Assembly (NCBI GenBank): GCA_010093605.1
Contig: MU004188.1
Coordinates: 1,429,673 to 1,493,672 of the forward strand
DNA length: 64,000 bases
Direction: 5' to 3'
Source of the DNA: Lophium mytilinum
Lineage: Eukaryota
Below are positions 30,506-41,100 of this stretch, piece after piece (the stretch's first letter is position 1; each line of letters starts with the position of its first letter). The notes beneath the pieces were generated by a model. It had not been told where the DNA came from. It ran no database searches and worked only from the letters and a program-made list of their open reading frames with translations. The position numbers and the translations under genes were made by a program.

Positions 30506-32218
30506 CTAACTATACTATAGCGGGCCTTAGCGCCCCCTCTTAACTAGTACTTAGTATAGATAGTTAGCTTTAGGTCTCTACTATATACCCTATAATATAT
30601 ACTTTCTATATACTTTCTATCTCTTATAGCCCTTCTATTTCTAAATAGCCTATCTACTTTATAATAGTATATATATGCAGCTCTCTTTCTTCCGCTATTA
30701 GTTAGTTATACTATAAGAGCTTATACTTACTATAAGTAGCTATATACTTTCTAATTATAGACTATAAACTATATACTCTATACTCTTAGCTCTTCTATAG
30801 CTATTAGCTATACTATAGAGGCTTATATATACTACTATAGCTATAAACCTTATATAGCTACTTATAGCCCTTCTACTCTTATAGCCTACCTATAAACTAT
30901 ATACTTTCTATATACCTCTACTATATACTATCTATATACTGCGCAGCCTTTCTATCTTTAATAGCCTATATAGCTACTATTTATTTTACCTTATTACCTT
31001 AAATAAAGGCCCTGTAAGCGCACTACTTATATACGGGCCCTTACGCTAATTCTATACTAGCCTTGCATCTAGATTCTACTTGGCCCGAACCTAGAAGAAT
31101 AATAATAAACCTTTCTAGATAGATATAGAAAGACGTATCTTAATAGCTTATTCTATAATAGTTTTTATAAACCTACTATATATCCCCTATAGTAAAATAT
31201 AAAGAAAAAGGGCGCCTAATACTAGATATAATAGAGGATAAGGTTTTTACCTAAATACTGCCCGGCAGCAAATAGTTTCCCCTTATAAATTAGCCTAGAT
31301 AGAATAGCTATATAGACCCTAACAGGAGCTACACTAGTATAATAGAATTTAATAATAATAATAATAATAATAGAGGTTATATTATAGCTATAATATTATA
31401 GTAGAGAAGAAGATATAGGTATATTAATAGCTAATCTAGTAGATAAAGAGGTTTTAATAGAGAGCCCCTAAATATTAGTACTACTAGTAGTAGAGAGAGA
31501 GTTAGTAGTTATATAGCCTTTAAAGATAACTTTATCTAGTCTCTTTTTATAGATATAGTTAGTATTATTAATATTATCTTTAAGAAAAAGAGTATTATAG
31601 TTATTAAAGATTTTAGATAATCTAGAAAATTAAGTTTAATTAAGTATTTAATAGATATAAGTATAAGTATATTTAAGAGAATACTTATATAGATTATATC
31701 TTATTTAAAAAGTAGATATCTTAAAAGTAGATAATTTTATATTAAAAGAGAAGAGTTACCTTTTTAATACTTTATTACTAAGTAAGCGGCTAGTAATATA
31801 AGTAAAGAGCTAAAAGTAGCTTATATACTAATTTAGAATTAATATTATAAAAGTAGATATAGTCTTATTTAAAGTTACTAGTTTTTACTAGTATTAATAG
31901 TAAAACTACCTCTTAGCCTAATTTTTAATTTTAAAATAAGATAGCTAGGGGGTAGTTAGATTCTAACTATCTTCTTTTTTCTAGCTTATATTTTAGTAAA
32001 GGGCTAAGAAGACTAGATAGAACTTATTAGAAAGTAAATATTAAGAAGGTTAGCTTAGCTTAGAGCTAGCCTAGCCTTCTTAATTATTTTTATCTAGAAT
32101 AGGGCTGCGTAGCGGAGATAAATATTATTTATTATTTTAGCCTCTAATAAGGTTTTAGTAATTATAGGTTTTTAGTATTAGATAATACTTAGCTTATTAT
32201 AAACCCGGGCTTATAACC

Positions 32219-32348
32219 TATTAAAAGGAATACTAAGTTAATTAATTAACCTAGATAGAGGGGGAATAGAGCTATCTATATATCTAACTCTAAGCCTAAT
32301 TTCTCTTATATTAGAATACTAGTCAGCCTAAGCTAACTACTTCCAACA
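32219..32348 (-). repeat. 5' LTR of the Copia element (130 bp)
   Basis: Ends are tattaaaag (RIP form of TGTTGGAAG) and cttccaaca, a 9-bp terminal inverted repeat. It abuts the PBS. Confidence 0.8.
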
Positions 32349-32552
32349 TTGGATATAGTGGAACGAGTGACTTCAAGCATGGTCCGCAAAGAGTATAGTA
32401 CATAGACGATTAACTACGCCGCACAAGGCGTCCATCTATGTTTCTCAATAAACTTTAGCTTCTGCATCATTGCAACTCCTTTGCTCTTCAACGTTAAGCA
32501 GCCATTCTCAAAGCTTTACTCTATCTCTCACCAACTACCTATCGTCCCGATT

Positions 32553-33989
32553 ATGTCCCTAGCCCACGAGCCTGGATTCTGTCACCTGCTCCGCCTGCCT
32601 AATGAGCTTCTCATCGAGATCTTGACTCTAGCCGTGGACTATCAAGCCTCACAGTTCTGTGACTGGCAAGGCACGAGCTGGTACAAAACTCCATGGTCCC
32701 TCACTCTAGTATGCAGAAGAATCAGCCTCTTGGCATATCCTCTTCTCTACCATACTATTTCGTTTCAGTCCTGCACCCTTCAAAGTCTAGTTCCCATCTC
32801 AAAACCAGCAAAGCTACTCCTTCGAACACTCTGTGCCAATCCTACACTCGGCCCTCTGTGCAAGGAGGTCAAAGTAAACATCAAAACCAATTCCCAGAAT
32901 GAAACCCTAAGGGACGCGGAATTTATAGCGCTGGCCGCGGACTTCGATGCCGCCTCTATCATACTAGGGAAGCTCCCAAATGTCCAAACTATCAACTCTT
33001 GTGGCGGCTTCTCTCATCGAAAGAACGTTTACCCCTTCCCAATGTGGGAGATGCTGTCACAGGCATTCAACTCTATGCCGTTAGTCTCTAATCTTACCCT
33101 AACCCTTGCTCCTCGTAGAAGGCAGTGGAACGGTCTAATGTACCTGGATGATCTGATTGAGCTTGACTTTCCAGCGCTGAAACACCTACACCTAGATGGA
33201 GTCAGCAGTTTCTGCATACATTCCATCCGCGGTGTTGGTATTCTGCCGGAGGCTCTGCGTGGGAAGAGACGTACCGCTCCGTTTACCAAACTATCAATGC
33301 GCAATTTTCGCGACACCTCATCCGTTCTCAGTGCATTGCTCACCTGGGCTCGAGCGCTTGAGCACTTTGTCTGGGAAACCTCTCGGTATACTTCCGAGCG
33401 TTCTCGCACCTGTAGGATGGTTCATCGAGCTCTGGAACCCCATTATCTTTCGCTGAAGAGCTTCAAACTCGACAACATTATTTTCAATGATAACATTATC
33501 GATCTTACTCAGTACGTGGAGCTGCAAGATCTGCATCTTTCAGCGTTTGTGCCCCTTGAGACCATCGGCAACCACGCACTTCACCTTGCAGCGCCCAAGC
33601 TGCGCAGCTTCACTTGGGACCTTACAAGGACCAATGTCTATCCCGAGCCCTTCAACAAATCGATCGTGGACGGTCTCCGAACGTTTGTAGACGTGATACT
33701 CTCGCAGGGATGTCCGCTACAGCGCATCGATATTATATTTTGGCCTCGTCCAGAGTTTTATACAGAAACACGCTGCTTATACAGCACTAGGCCGACCTCG
33801 GATACTGGGCTTCTCAGCTGCTCGACGGAAGATTGGGACTGTATGCATCAACTAGCCTCCGAACTGGAGCTGCTAGGGGTGGCACTGACATACGATAAGC
33901 CGCGCTTGGTCACAAAAGAGGAGTATGAGGGGACAGTCAAGGAGTGGGAACCTTTTGGGAAGGTGTGGCAACCTGGGCGGCTCCCATGA
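32553..33989 (+). CDS. F-box-like domain protein with degenerate leucine-rich repeats (478 aa, apparently intronless)
   Basis: Long ORF with first ATG at 32553. N-terminal LLRLPNELLIEIL...SLTLVCRR....AYPLLY F-box-like pattern, followed by LxxLxL motifs (LKHLHLDG, LKSFKLDN, LQDLHLS, LRSFTW). Confidence 0.8.
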   Translation: MSLAHEPGFCHLLRLPNELLIEILTLAVDYQASQFCDWQGTSWYKTPWSLTLVCRRISLLAYPLLYHTISFQSCTLQSLVPISKPAKLLLRTLCANPTLGPLCKEVKVNIKTNSQNETLRDAEFIALAADFDAASIILGKLPNVQTINSCGGFSHRKNVYPFPMWEMLSQAFNSMPLVSNLTLTLAPRRRQWNGLMYLDDLIELDFPALKHLHLDGVSSFCIHSIRGVGILPEALRGKRRTAPFTKLSMRNFRDTSSVLSALLTWARALEHFVWETSRYTSERSRTCRMVHRALEPHYLSLKSFKLDNIIFNDNIIDLTQYVELQDLHLSAFVPLETIGNHALHLAAPKLRSFTWDLTRTNVYPEPFNKSIVDGLRTFVDVILSQGCPLQRIDIIFWPRPEFYTETRCLYSTRPTSDTGLLSCSTEDWDCMHQLASELELLGVALTYDKPRLVTKEEYEGTVKEWEPFGKVWQPGRLP

Positions 33990-35338
33990 ACATGAAGTAC
34001 GTCAAATGTTTCTAGCTTTGGTCCTATTTGTCAGATGAATTCCTCGGAGTCGCGATCAAGAAACCGCTGTATTCGCAGCATATTTTGAATTAAATAGCTG
34101 CACAGCTGCATGCAGCAACAATGCTTCATGAATGCATGCACTTAGATTGGGCTTTCTAGTCGCCCTATACGCTGTATTGCCTTCTATGACAGCTGACACT
34201 CCGCTCATCTTCTCACTCATCCACCACACAGCCAAGCAGGATATTGGGTCATACTTTTCTTGCGGGTCCGTGTCGTTCGCCTGCTTTGACGCTATCAACT
34301 TGACTAATCCTACGCTGTTCAAACCTAATTAGCTTGACTGGTGCTCGTACATACATGCGGCAACCCGGTTCTCAACGTCCCTTACCGCCTCCCCACTCCT
34401 CTCGTACTAAAAAAAGACCAACGCTCGTTTATAGTAAGCAAAGTATACATGTTGAGGGAAAGGGTGTACGAGGTTGCTCTCAGATTGACCTTTTACACTA
34501 TTCGAGGCTTGTTATCCGCGCCACTCGTCCGCAAGTAAAGGAATATCGCGTATAGCCACAATCTATAGAGCGTTACGCCAATATCTCAGGAATGCCCGCG
34601 TCTCAAGTCATGTCCTGCTTCCGTTGCGATGGAGCGGGGAAGATATACAGCAGCAAGGGCGCGCAAACTTGTGGAGTGTGTGCCGGCACTGGAAAAAAAA
34701 GAGTTCCTTCGTATAACTCTTGAGGAAGCGAATCGCTGCTGGTCTTTGGGTACGTTTGGATTTGTGAGTTGTCTCTTATAAGACACGCACAGTGAACGTA
34801 GGCACAACTAAACGGGAACAGATGCTCAGAAGAACGATCAGTTGGGAGGATTCGAAGGGATGATGGAGTATGCTTTAAGGGTGCGACGGCTAGGGTTTAA
34901 TTCACAACGGCCGCCAACTATTCTATAGCCAATTTTACAGTCAGGTTTTGCAGGTCTGTTCATACGCGTCGACGTACGGGTATGATAATGAAAACGCGTG
35001 TTAATCCCAAAGTTTAATCGGGTCGACCGTCCCGAAGTATGGCTAGAATGGTCGCGCACGATACACCAAATGAGGGCAGTAGTTTCGTTATATAGATATG
35101 CGCTATTCCAGACGTGCTCCGCTCAAGATTATGGAAGTCACCCTTGAAAGTCATGCGGCTGAATTCAGCTCTTGTGCATTGGTAGACATAGAAAAGGTAA
35201 GAGGATCATACAATTGCATGAGGTTTATCGTGATAGCATGCTGCGTTCGTAGTATATACTTTGGGGATTATCTTTTGGATGTATAGAAACGAAACAGCTC
35301 TTAGAGAGGAAAGATAAACTTTTAGAGCACCTACGCCA

Positions 35339-35917
35339 TCAGTCTAGGGCGGCCAGGCTATTATCCCGCACACGGACTTGTGTATTGTACCCCTTCAGTG
35401 TAGAGGCTAGTAGTAACTGGCGCACCGAGTAGGCAGCAGCTTGATCGTTCTTCTCCCGTCTCCTCCGTGGCCGGTTTTCCTCGTATGTTGTTGAGACCGG
35501 CTCAACTATGCTTTTCAATTGCTCCAACAGCTGGTCACTATAGGCGTCTCGGTATTTCCACGATATAAGCAAAGGAGCGACGGCCTCCAAGGCTTCCACT
35601 GTAAGATCATCCCAGAAGGCTGGCGGTGTAGCCTTCGTATAGAGGTGCGCAAGTTGCCAACAACACTCCTCCTTAAGGAATGCGGACCACGGCATAGGGA
35701 TATGTCGATATGGGCTCGCGTACACCAACTCCGCCTGCTGTCTCGCCCATTCGTGGATAAGGTCCAATGCAATGGCAGCTCGTGTACCTGCCCTAGGCGC
35801 AGCTGGTTCAGATGGTGGAGATAATGGACGAAGTATGGAGTATGAAGGGAAGTGAGCACGCAATGTAAGTCTCGAGTGCGAAGGCGCTATGGAGTTGATG
35901 CCACAATTGCTCAGCAT
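35339..35917 (-). CDS. Hypothetical protein (192 aa)
   Basis: ATG-initiated ORF with protein-like composition, head-to-head with NAR1. No recognised domain. Confidence 0.5.
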   Translation of the reverse strand: MLSNCGINSIAPSHSRLTLRAHFPSYSILRPLSPPSEPAAPRAGTRAAIALDLIHEWARQQAELVYASPYRHIPMPWSAFLKEECCWQLAHLYTKATPPAFWDDLTVEALEAVAPLLISWKYRDAYSDQLLEQLKSIVEPVSTTYEENRPRRRREKNDQAAAYSVRQLLLASTLKGYNTQVRVRDNSLAALD

Positions 35918-36254
35918 GTTGGAGCCGGTGTTACATCTAGGACTATAGAATGCTGAGGTGTAAGGCGGCGGTGAAGGAACCCTCGGAATGTGGGGACATG
36001 CGGCTCTTGGACCATCCCCGCGGAAGAGCTGCTGAGAAATGCGTGCTTATCGATAGGTGAAAGAAAGAAATCCAAGCCGAAGTCGCACTCCCCTTACAAC
36101 ACCCCTCTACGGCTCCTCATTCTCATTATTTTGCTCTAACTTCTCCCCTCGTACATATTGACTCCGGTGCTAGTTTTCGAGGCTCTAGCAGCTTATTCAA
36201 TCGCGTTGCTGACTTTTCTGTTCTTCGTTGCCACAATACCCCTCCACGACCACC

Positions 36255-38177
36255 ATGAGCGCCATTCTCTCCGCCGACGACTTGAATGACTTTATTTCAC
36301 CTGGAGTCGCGTGTATAAAGCCAATCGAGACGCTACCTGTCCAACAGCCGCAGGAAGACGCCGTACGTAGCTTCAAAAGCCCTCCCTAGATATACTTGAA
36401 ACTAACGCCATCGCAGAATGCATACGAAGTCACGACCGAAGACAAAGTCGCCGCCTCGCTACCTCCCCCTCCAGCGCAAATATCTCTCACAGACTGCCTC
36501 GCCTGTTCAGGCTGCGTAACATCCGCGGAAGCCGTGCTAGTGTCGCTGCAGTCACATACTGAGGTGCTGAACACATTGGATGCCCATCCCTCAATACACG
36601 AGCCATGGCTGTCGCAGAACGGATTAAACGGAATCACGAATGGAAATACACGTATAAGCAATGGCCTTAGCAATGGTTCCAACGGGAATCATGCGGCTCC
36701 GGAAGGGATGCTTTTTGTTGCTAGCGTCTCTCCGCAGACACGCGCCAGTCTTGCCGCAACCTTCGCAGTATCTGAGTCGCAGGCCGGGAACATGATATCA
36801 CAACTACTTAGCGGGCCCATGGGACTCAAAGCTGGCGGAGCCCACGGCAGCAGCTTCACATGGGTAATCGACACCAACGTCGTCCGAGATGCTTGCCTAG
36901 TTTCCGCAGCAGACGAAGTCCTCTCCACGCTCTCTCCGTCTACCACCACTTCACCCCCTTCCTCCAACGGCGGTGCTATAGACACACCCCCGAAAAAGCC
37001 CATCCTCACCTCCGCATGCCCCGGCTGGATATGCTACGCCGAAAAAACCCACCCCTACGTCCTCCCGCACCTCTCCCGCCTCAAATCCCCACAAGCCCTT
37101 ACAGGAACCCTCCTCAAATCCGTCCTCAGCCTCCGCTACAACATTCCCCCGTCCCGCATCTGGCACCTCGCCATAATGCCCTGCTTCGACAAAAAGCTCG
37201 AAGCCAGCCGCAGCGAGCTCACCTCGACCGCCTGGCTGCCCTCCCAACCCCTCTCCTCCCCCATCCGCGACGTCGACTGCGTCATCACCGCCCGCGAACT
37301 CCTCCACCTCGCCTCCACGCGCGGCATCCCCTTCGCCTCCCTCCCCCTCACCCCTCTCCCCCTTTCCACCCGCATCCCCTTCCCCGACCCCAAACTCGAC
37401 GCCTTCCTCTTCCCGCGCGCCCGCCGCGGCGCCCAAGCCCCCGTCGCCGGCTCCTCGGGCGGCTACCTCCACCACATCCTGCGCACGTACCAAACGCAGC
37501 ACCCAGGCAGCGTGCTGCGCGCCGAGCGTGGCCGCAACGCGGATGTCGTCGAGTACACGCTGACAGCGGCAGGGGGCAGCGGCGACGTCGTGGTGCGCAT
37601 GGCGCGCTACTACGGCTTCCGCAACATCCAGAACCTCGTGCGGCGGCTGAAGCCCCCGAAGGCGAGCCGCTTGCCTGGGTCGCGCGGGGCGGTGAGGCGG
37701 CCGGCGGGCGGGCAGGAGGCGAAGGAGTATGCGTATGTGGAGGTTATGGCGTGTCCGGGGGGTTGTACGAATGGGGGTGGGCAGGTGAGGGCGGGGGAGG
37801 TGGAGGAGGTGAGAGCGGAGGCGGGGATGGTGGAGGAGGGAGGGGGGATTGGGGGAAAGGGGCCGGTGGAGCAGAAGGAGTGGTTGGGGAGGGTGGATGA
37901 GGCGTATTTTTCTGCGTCGTCGTCTGATGGGGAGGAGGAGGATGGGGATAGCGATACGGCTATGGGTGGTGCGGATGATGGGCTGGATGTTGTGGATGGG
38001 GTGTCGAGGGGGTATGTGCATGGGATCTTGCAGCATTGGGCGGAGCTGACTGGGGTGTCGGTGCGAGACTTGGTGCATACGAGCTATAGGGAGGTGGAGA
38101 GTGATGTGGGGAAGAAGAAGAAGAGCGATGTGGAACGAGTTGCGACCCTGGCGAGTAGTCTGGGTGGTGGTTGGTGA
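36255..38177 (+). CDS. NAR1: Cytosolic Fe-S cluster assembly factor Nar1 (iron-only hydrogenase-like)
   Basis: Exons 36255-36362 and 36417-38177 (GT-AG intron with ctaac branch). Motifs [79 protein letters not shown]. Confidence 0.97.
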
Positions 38178-41100
38178 TTTCTTGCATGGCTAGCATTTCT
38201 GGTCGGGGGTTTGAAGGCATTGACGGCGTTCTGGAAAGTTATTAGAAGGCGAAGGTTATGGGCGTTATCGCATTTACATCCGGGGTTTGGATAGGGATTG
38301 GAATAGACTCAGGCCCTTGAATGCCTTTTCCGGTTTTGGAATGGCTGAAAATCATAAGAAGAGTCTGGCATTGTGTTTTGCCGCCAGTGAGCATCAGATT
38401 GAGATCATGTAGATATTGACGACTTCTTGACTAGGGTAGACTTTGACTCTCGATTACCAAAATGACGACGCTTCACATGTTCATAGCGCCTAGGCTAACC
38501 CTGAGAATGAAAGTGGACAGATGAGCGCGACGTGGTCACTAAGGCTAGAAGGCCCACCAACGATGAAAATCATCAAGAGAGACATAGGGGACGTTTTGGT
38601 GTTGAGGCTTGGGTCTACTGTGACGTGAAGCCGCTCTACGTTGCCTCGGTAGATTCCAAGTGTTCTCGCTGAATTAGGAAGTGAGGCTTTGAAGGCTTGA
38701 TGCCGTTCTAGGAGATGAGAATAGAGAGATGGGGAGGTTTGAGGTTGAGCGATGAAAACGCGATGAAGTGAACCAATATGTCAGCCCGAAAAAAGGGTTC
38801 TTGAAATTGGCAAATGAGAATCTAGAGTATCTCTTCTCACTCCAAGACCTTGCTCTGATCAGCTAGACTCTTGTGCCTGTGGAACGTTCCATTTCGTCAC
38901 CCTTTGAAAACGTGAATGGACACGTGATTCCTGCCACTCTTCTAACTTTCAAAGCAGTCACCCTGATTCACATCGCTCGTGCCTAATTAGGTAGGAATAT
39001 CCCTCACTGAGACGATGGATCATCGCACACGGTTGTTGCCCAAGCAACTCCACATTTCGAGCCTGACCTTGTCGCCAATCCGCCCTGCAGCAGTTCACAG
39101 CGACGACGATCAGATAGCAAAGCCGACGCAGGCGTCGCAAAACGCCCGCGTCGTATGTGCCATTACACGACACTGCCCCTTCTCTAGACATATCGGAAAC
39201 TCACCGTTCAGTGCGCCGACGCACGTTAACCCACGTGGGAGGGTTCAGACTCCCTCGCAGTCCGTCCGCCACCAAAAGCGGCAGGTCTGGCAAGGACCAC
39301 GCAGTATCGCAATACCCGCTCAGAGGGGCGATGTGTTTCGGTGATCACCTTCCCGCGGCGTGTGGCTGGACGTCTTGATTTTGTTCGGATGGATTTGCCT
39401 CTATCAATGGTGGAGGGTGTCAAGACGCGAGCACGTTTTGTTAGTAAACTCAGAAGGCGACGTTGGTGGTGAGCGCGCCGCCTATCAGCGCGAGAGACGC
39501 GCGTGGAGAGACGCAGACCGCCGTTATCCGCGGACCAAGCCTGTTTCATGTGCTTCTGGCTGGAAATGGCAATGGGGTTTCTGGATGGGGTGGTGCGTTG
39601 CTTTTTGCGGGCCCAAAGAAGAGGCGAGAGGAAGATGCCGTTAGATCGTCGAAAAAGCTGTCTACGGAGCGCGATTTACGGGAAAGCTCGCGCGAGCGAC
39701 GTGTCTGCGAGCTTGCAAGGTTAGATCTATCGCGGGGAGGCGGTGAGGTATTTCGGGCTCGTCGCTGGCAAATGTGTTGCGTCTTACAAATTTGTGCAGG
39801 TCTAGATACGGAGCCCGGAGGTGGTACTTCAAGCTGTCAAGGTTGGGCTGGCCGGAGCGAGCGCATGGCCGAGGTAGTAATCTGCACGACCAATATAGAG
39901 GTCGTTGGTGGATGACTGTGGTGTTGGGTGTGAGCTGACGGCGGGCTGGTACGGGCCGTACCTTTCGCCCTCGGATCAATCTGCTCGGTCCGGGCGTGTC
40001 AGAATTTGATGAACGAAAGGGAATCACAGGGCGGGCCGAAATGTGTTAAGAAAACCGGAACGACTTGGAAACGGCTCGGTGCTGGAGTGGGATAATGACA
40101 TTGATGAGCAACGAGGCAGAATCGATAGCGGAGAGACGTTGATGCTCGACCTAATTGGGATGCGATCGAGGCTGTACAACTGTAGGTCTGATCTGACTGC
40201 GCAGAAGCGCTGACCAAACGAGCTGCAATAATGCACCGCATTAGTTAAAAATAAATACAATGGTTAGTGCAGTCTGAGGGCTGAAAGAAGCTTATGCTAC
40301 GGAATGCCTAAATGCACAGAAGGAGGACACGTTCGTAAAGAAAAGGTCTCTAGCATGGCCGGTGTCACGGCGTATGGAAAAGCCGTTGGGAGAAGCTGGT
40401 GAGAGAAAAGCCAGAACTAATGCGGAGGGCAAACGGAATCCTCAACGGTCGCGCGTCAGCGTGCTTGCATCATCTCTCCACAACGGTGGACGACCAAACA
40501 GGATTTCCCTAGGAGAATGGCGGCGATCCCGTCGGCCTTGAGAGGGCAGCTGGGCCATTTAATCTATTTTGATGAGATCTGACGAGCCCGCATGGAAGAC
40601 ATGTTCTGAAGGATTCTGCGTCGGGGTCTGCGGTTTTGTAGGGCAGAGCCCAGCAAGGATAAGAGGCTGAGGCCGCTCCCACGGCGAAATTTGGTGGAGC
40701 GTTTGAGATGGGAGGAGGTTTCGGTGTGGGGTCAGCGCCATGCAGTGCGAAGTGAACGCCTGCCACACTGCCACGGCTGTCACGCATTGCCAGCGGATTC
40801 TGACATGACAGGACAGCGCAAGGCTGATGCTGGAGGGTAGCACATGGAGAGGTGGTTTGAGGATGGCGCCAGTTAGAGTTTGCATATCCCCAGGTTTGAT
40901 ACTGGCGCCGCAGACCTGCAGCAACTCTACGATGCTTGGCCTGAAGAATCGACCCTCGGACTCTCCCCACCACTGCCGGTGGCACAAGAGAAGCCATTCT
41001 GCGCCCGACAGCGCGGGTGGGCAAGTTGCAGGATCGTGATCGCGATGCCGGCCCCCTTAGCTGCGATGCGGTCATGGCCTTGTTTGCTGATGAAATGATG

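Larger units (their letters stand above)
24085..31366 (+). mobile_element. Tad1-like LINE non-LTR retrotransposon (apparently full length; RIP-inactivated)
   Basis: ORF1 CCHC knuckles (QCF.CQGYGHIARYC..., KCANC) at ~25225-25375. ORF2: APE endonuclease (IIQYNVNKS ~26010, GDMNLHHP.WGG ~26390, SDHRPI ~26628), RT (KAPG ~27356, YRPITLL ~27542, GIPQGSPLSPILF ~28948, GFVDD ~29044) and a C-terminal CxC..H..C at ~30100-30152. (TAA)n tail at 31350-31366. TSD ataatagaggtta at 24072-24084 and 31367-31379. Confidence 0.92.
15848..31395 (-). mobile_element. Full-length Ty3/Gypsy chromovirus family C (~8.2 kb without the LINE insert; RIP-inactivated)
   Basis: 3' LTR 15848-16066 with PPT at 16067-16080. 5' LTR is 23882-24084 plus 31380-31395. 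5-bp TSD TTATA at 15843-15847 and 31396-31400. Minus-strand RT AYIDDIL at ~19255-19275, plus RNase H, integrase and chromodomain (~16500-16710) remnants. Confidence 0.9.
1..32348. other. AT-rich, RIP-mutated nested transposon block
   Basis: CpA/TpG nearly absent and TpA pervasive, and only two short ORFs in 32 kb. Retroelement motifs become readable after reversing C>T/G>A changes. Composition switches abruptly at ~32340. Confidence 0.95.
14797..32348 (-). mobile_element. Ty1/Copia element relic (5' LTR, PBS, gag), interrupted by Gypsy C and Gypsy B; host pieces at 14797-15847 and 31401-32348
   Basis: Minus strand after the LTR reads ggttataagccc (32218-32207), the RIP form of the Copia GGTTATGAGCCC primer-binding site. 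Gag remnants: approx. KIEKLESSNGWNIWK ~15690-15645, KKFTAITLADC..FL.GL ~15275-15120, and a zinc knuckle (CGK.HHT.ENCFKLHPE) ~14870-14815. Confidence 0.75.

Noticed and set aside
34056..34555. Possible small spliced gene on the minus strand (gtatgt..gctaat..cag)
   Set aside because: The candidate exon joins I tried hit stop codons, and there is no recognisable product.
36860..38078. Long overlapping ORFs 36860..37900 (+) and 36951..38078 (-)
   Set aside because: Shadow frames of NAR1 caused by extreme C/G codon bias; the products are low-complexity.
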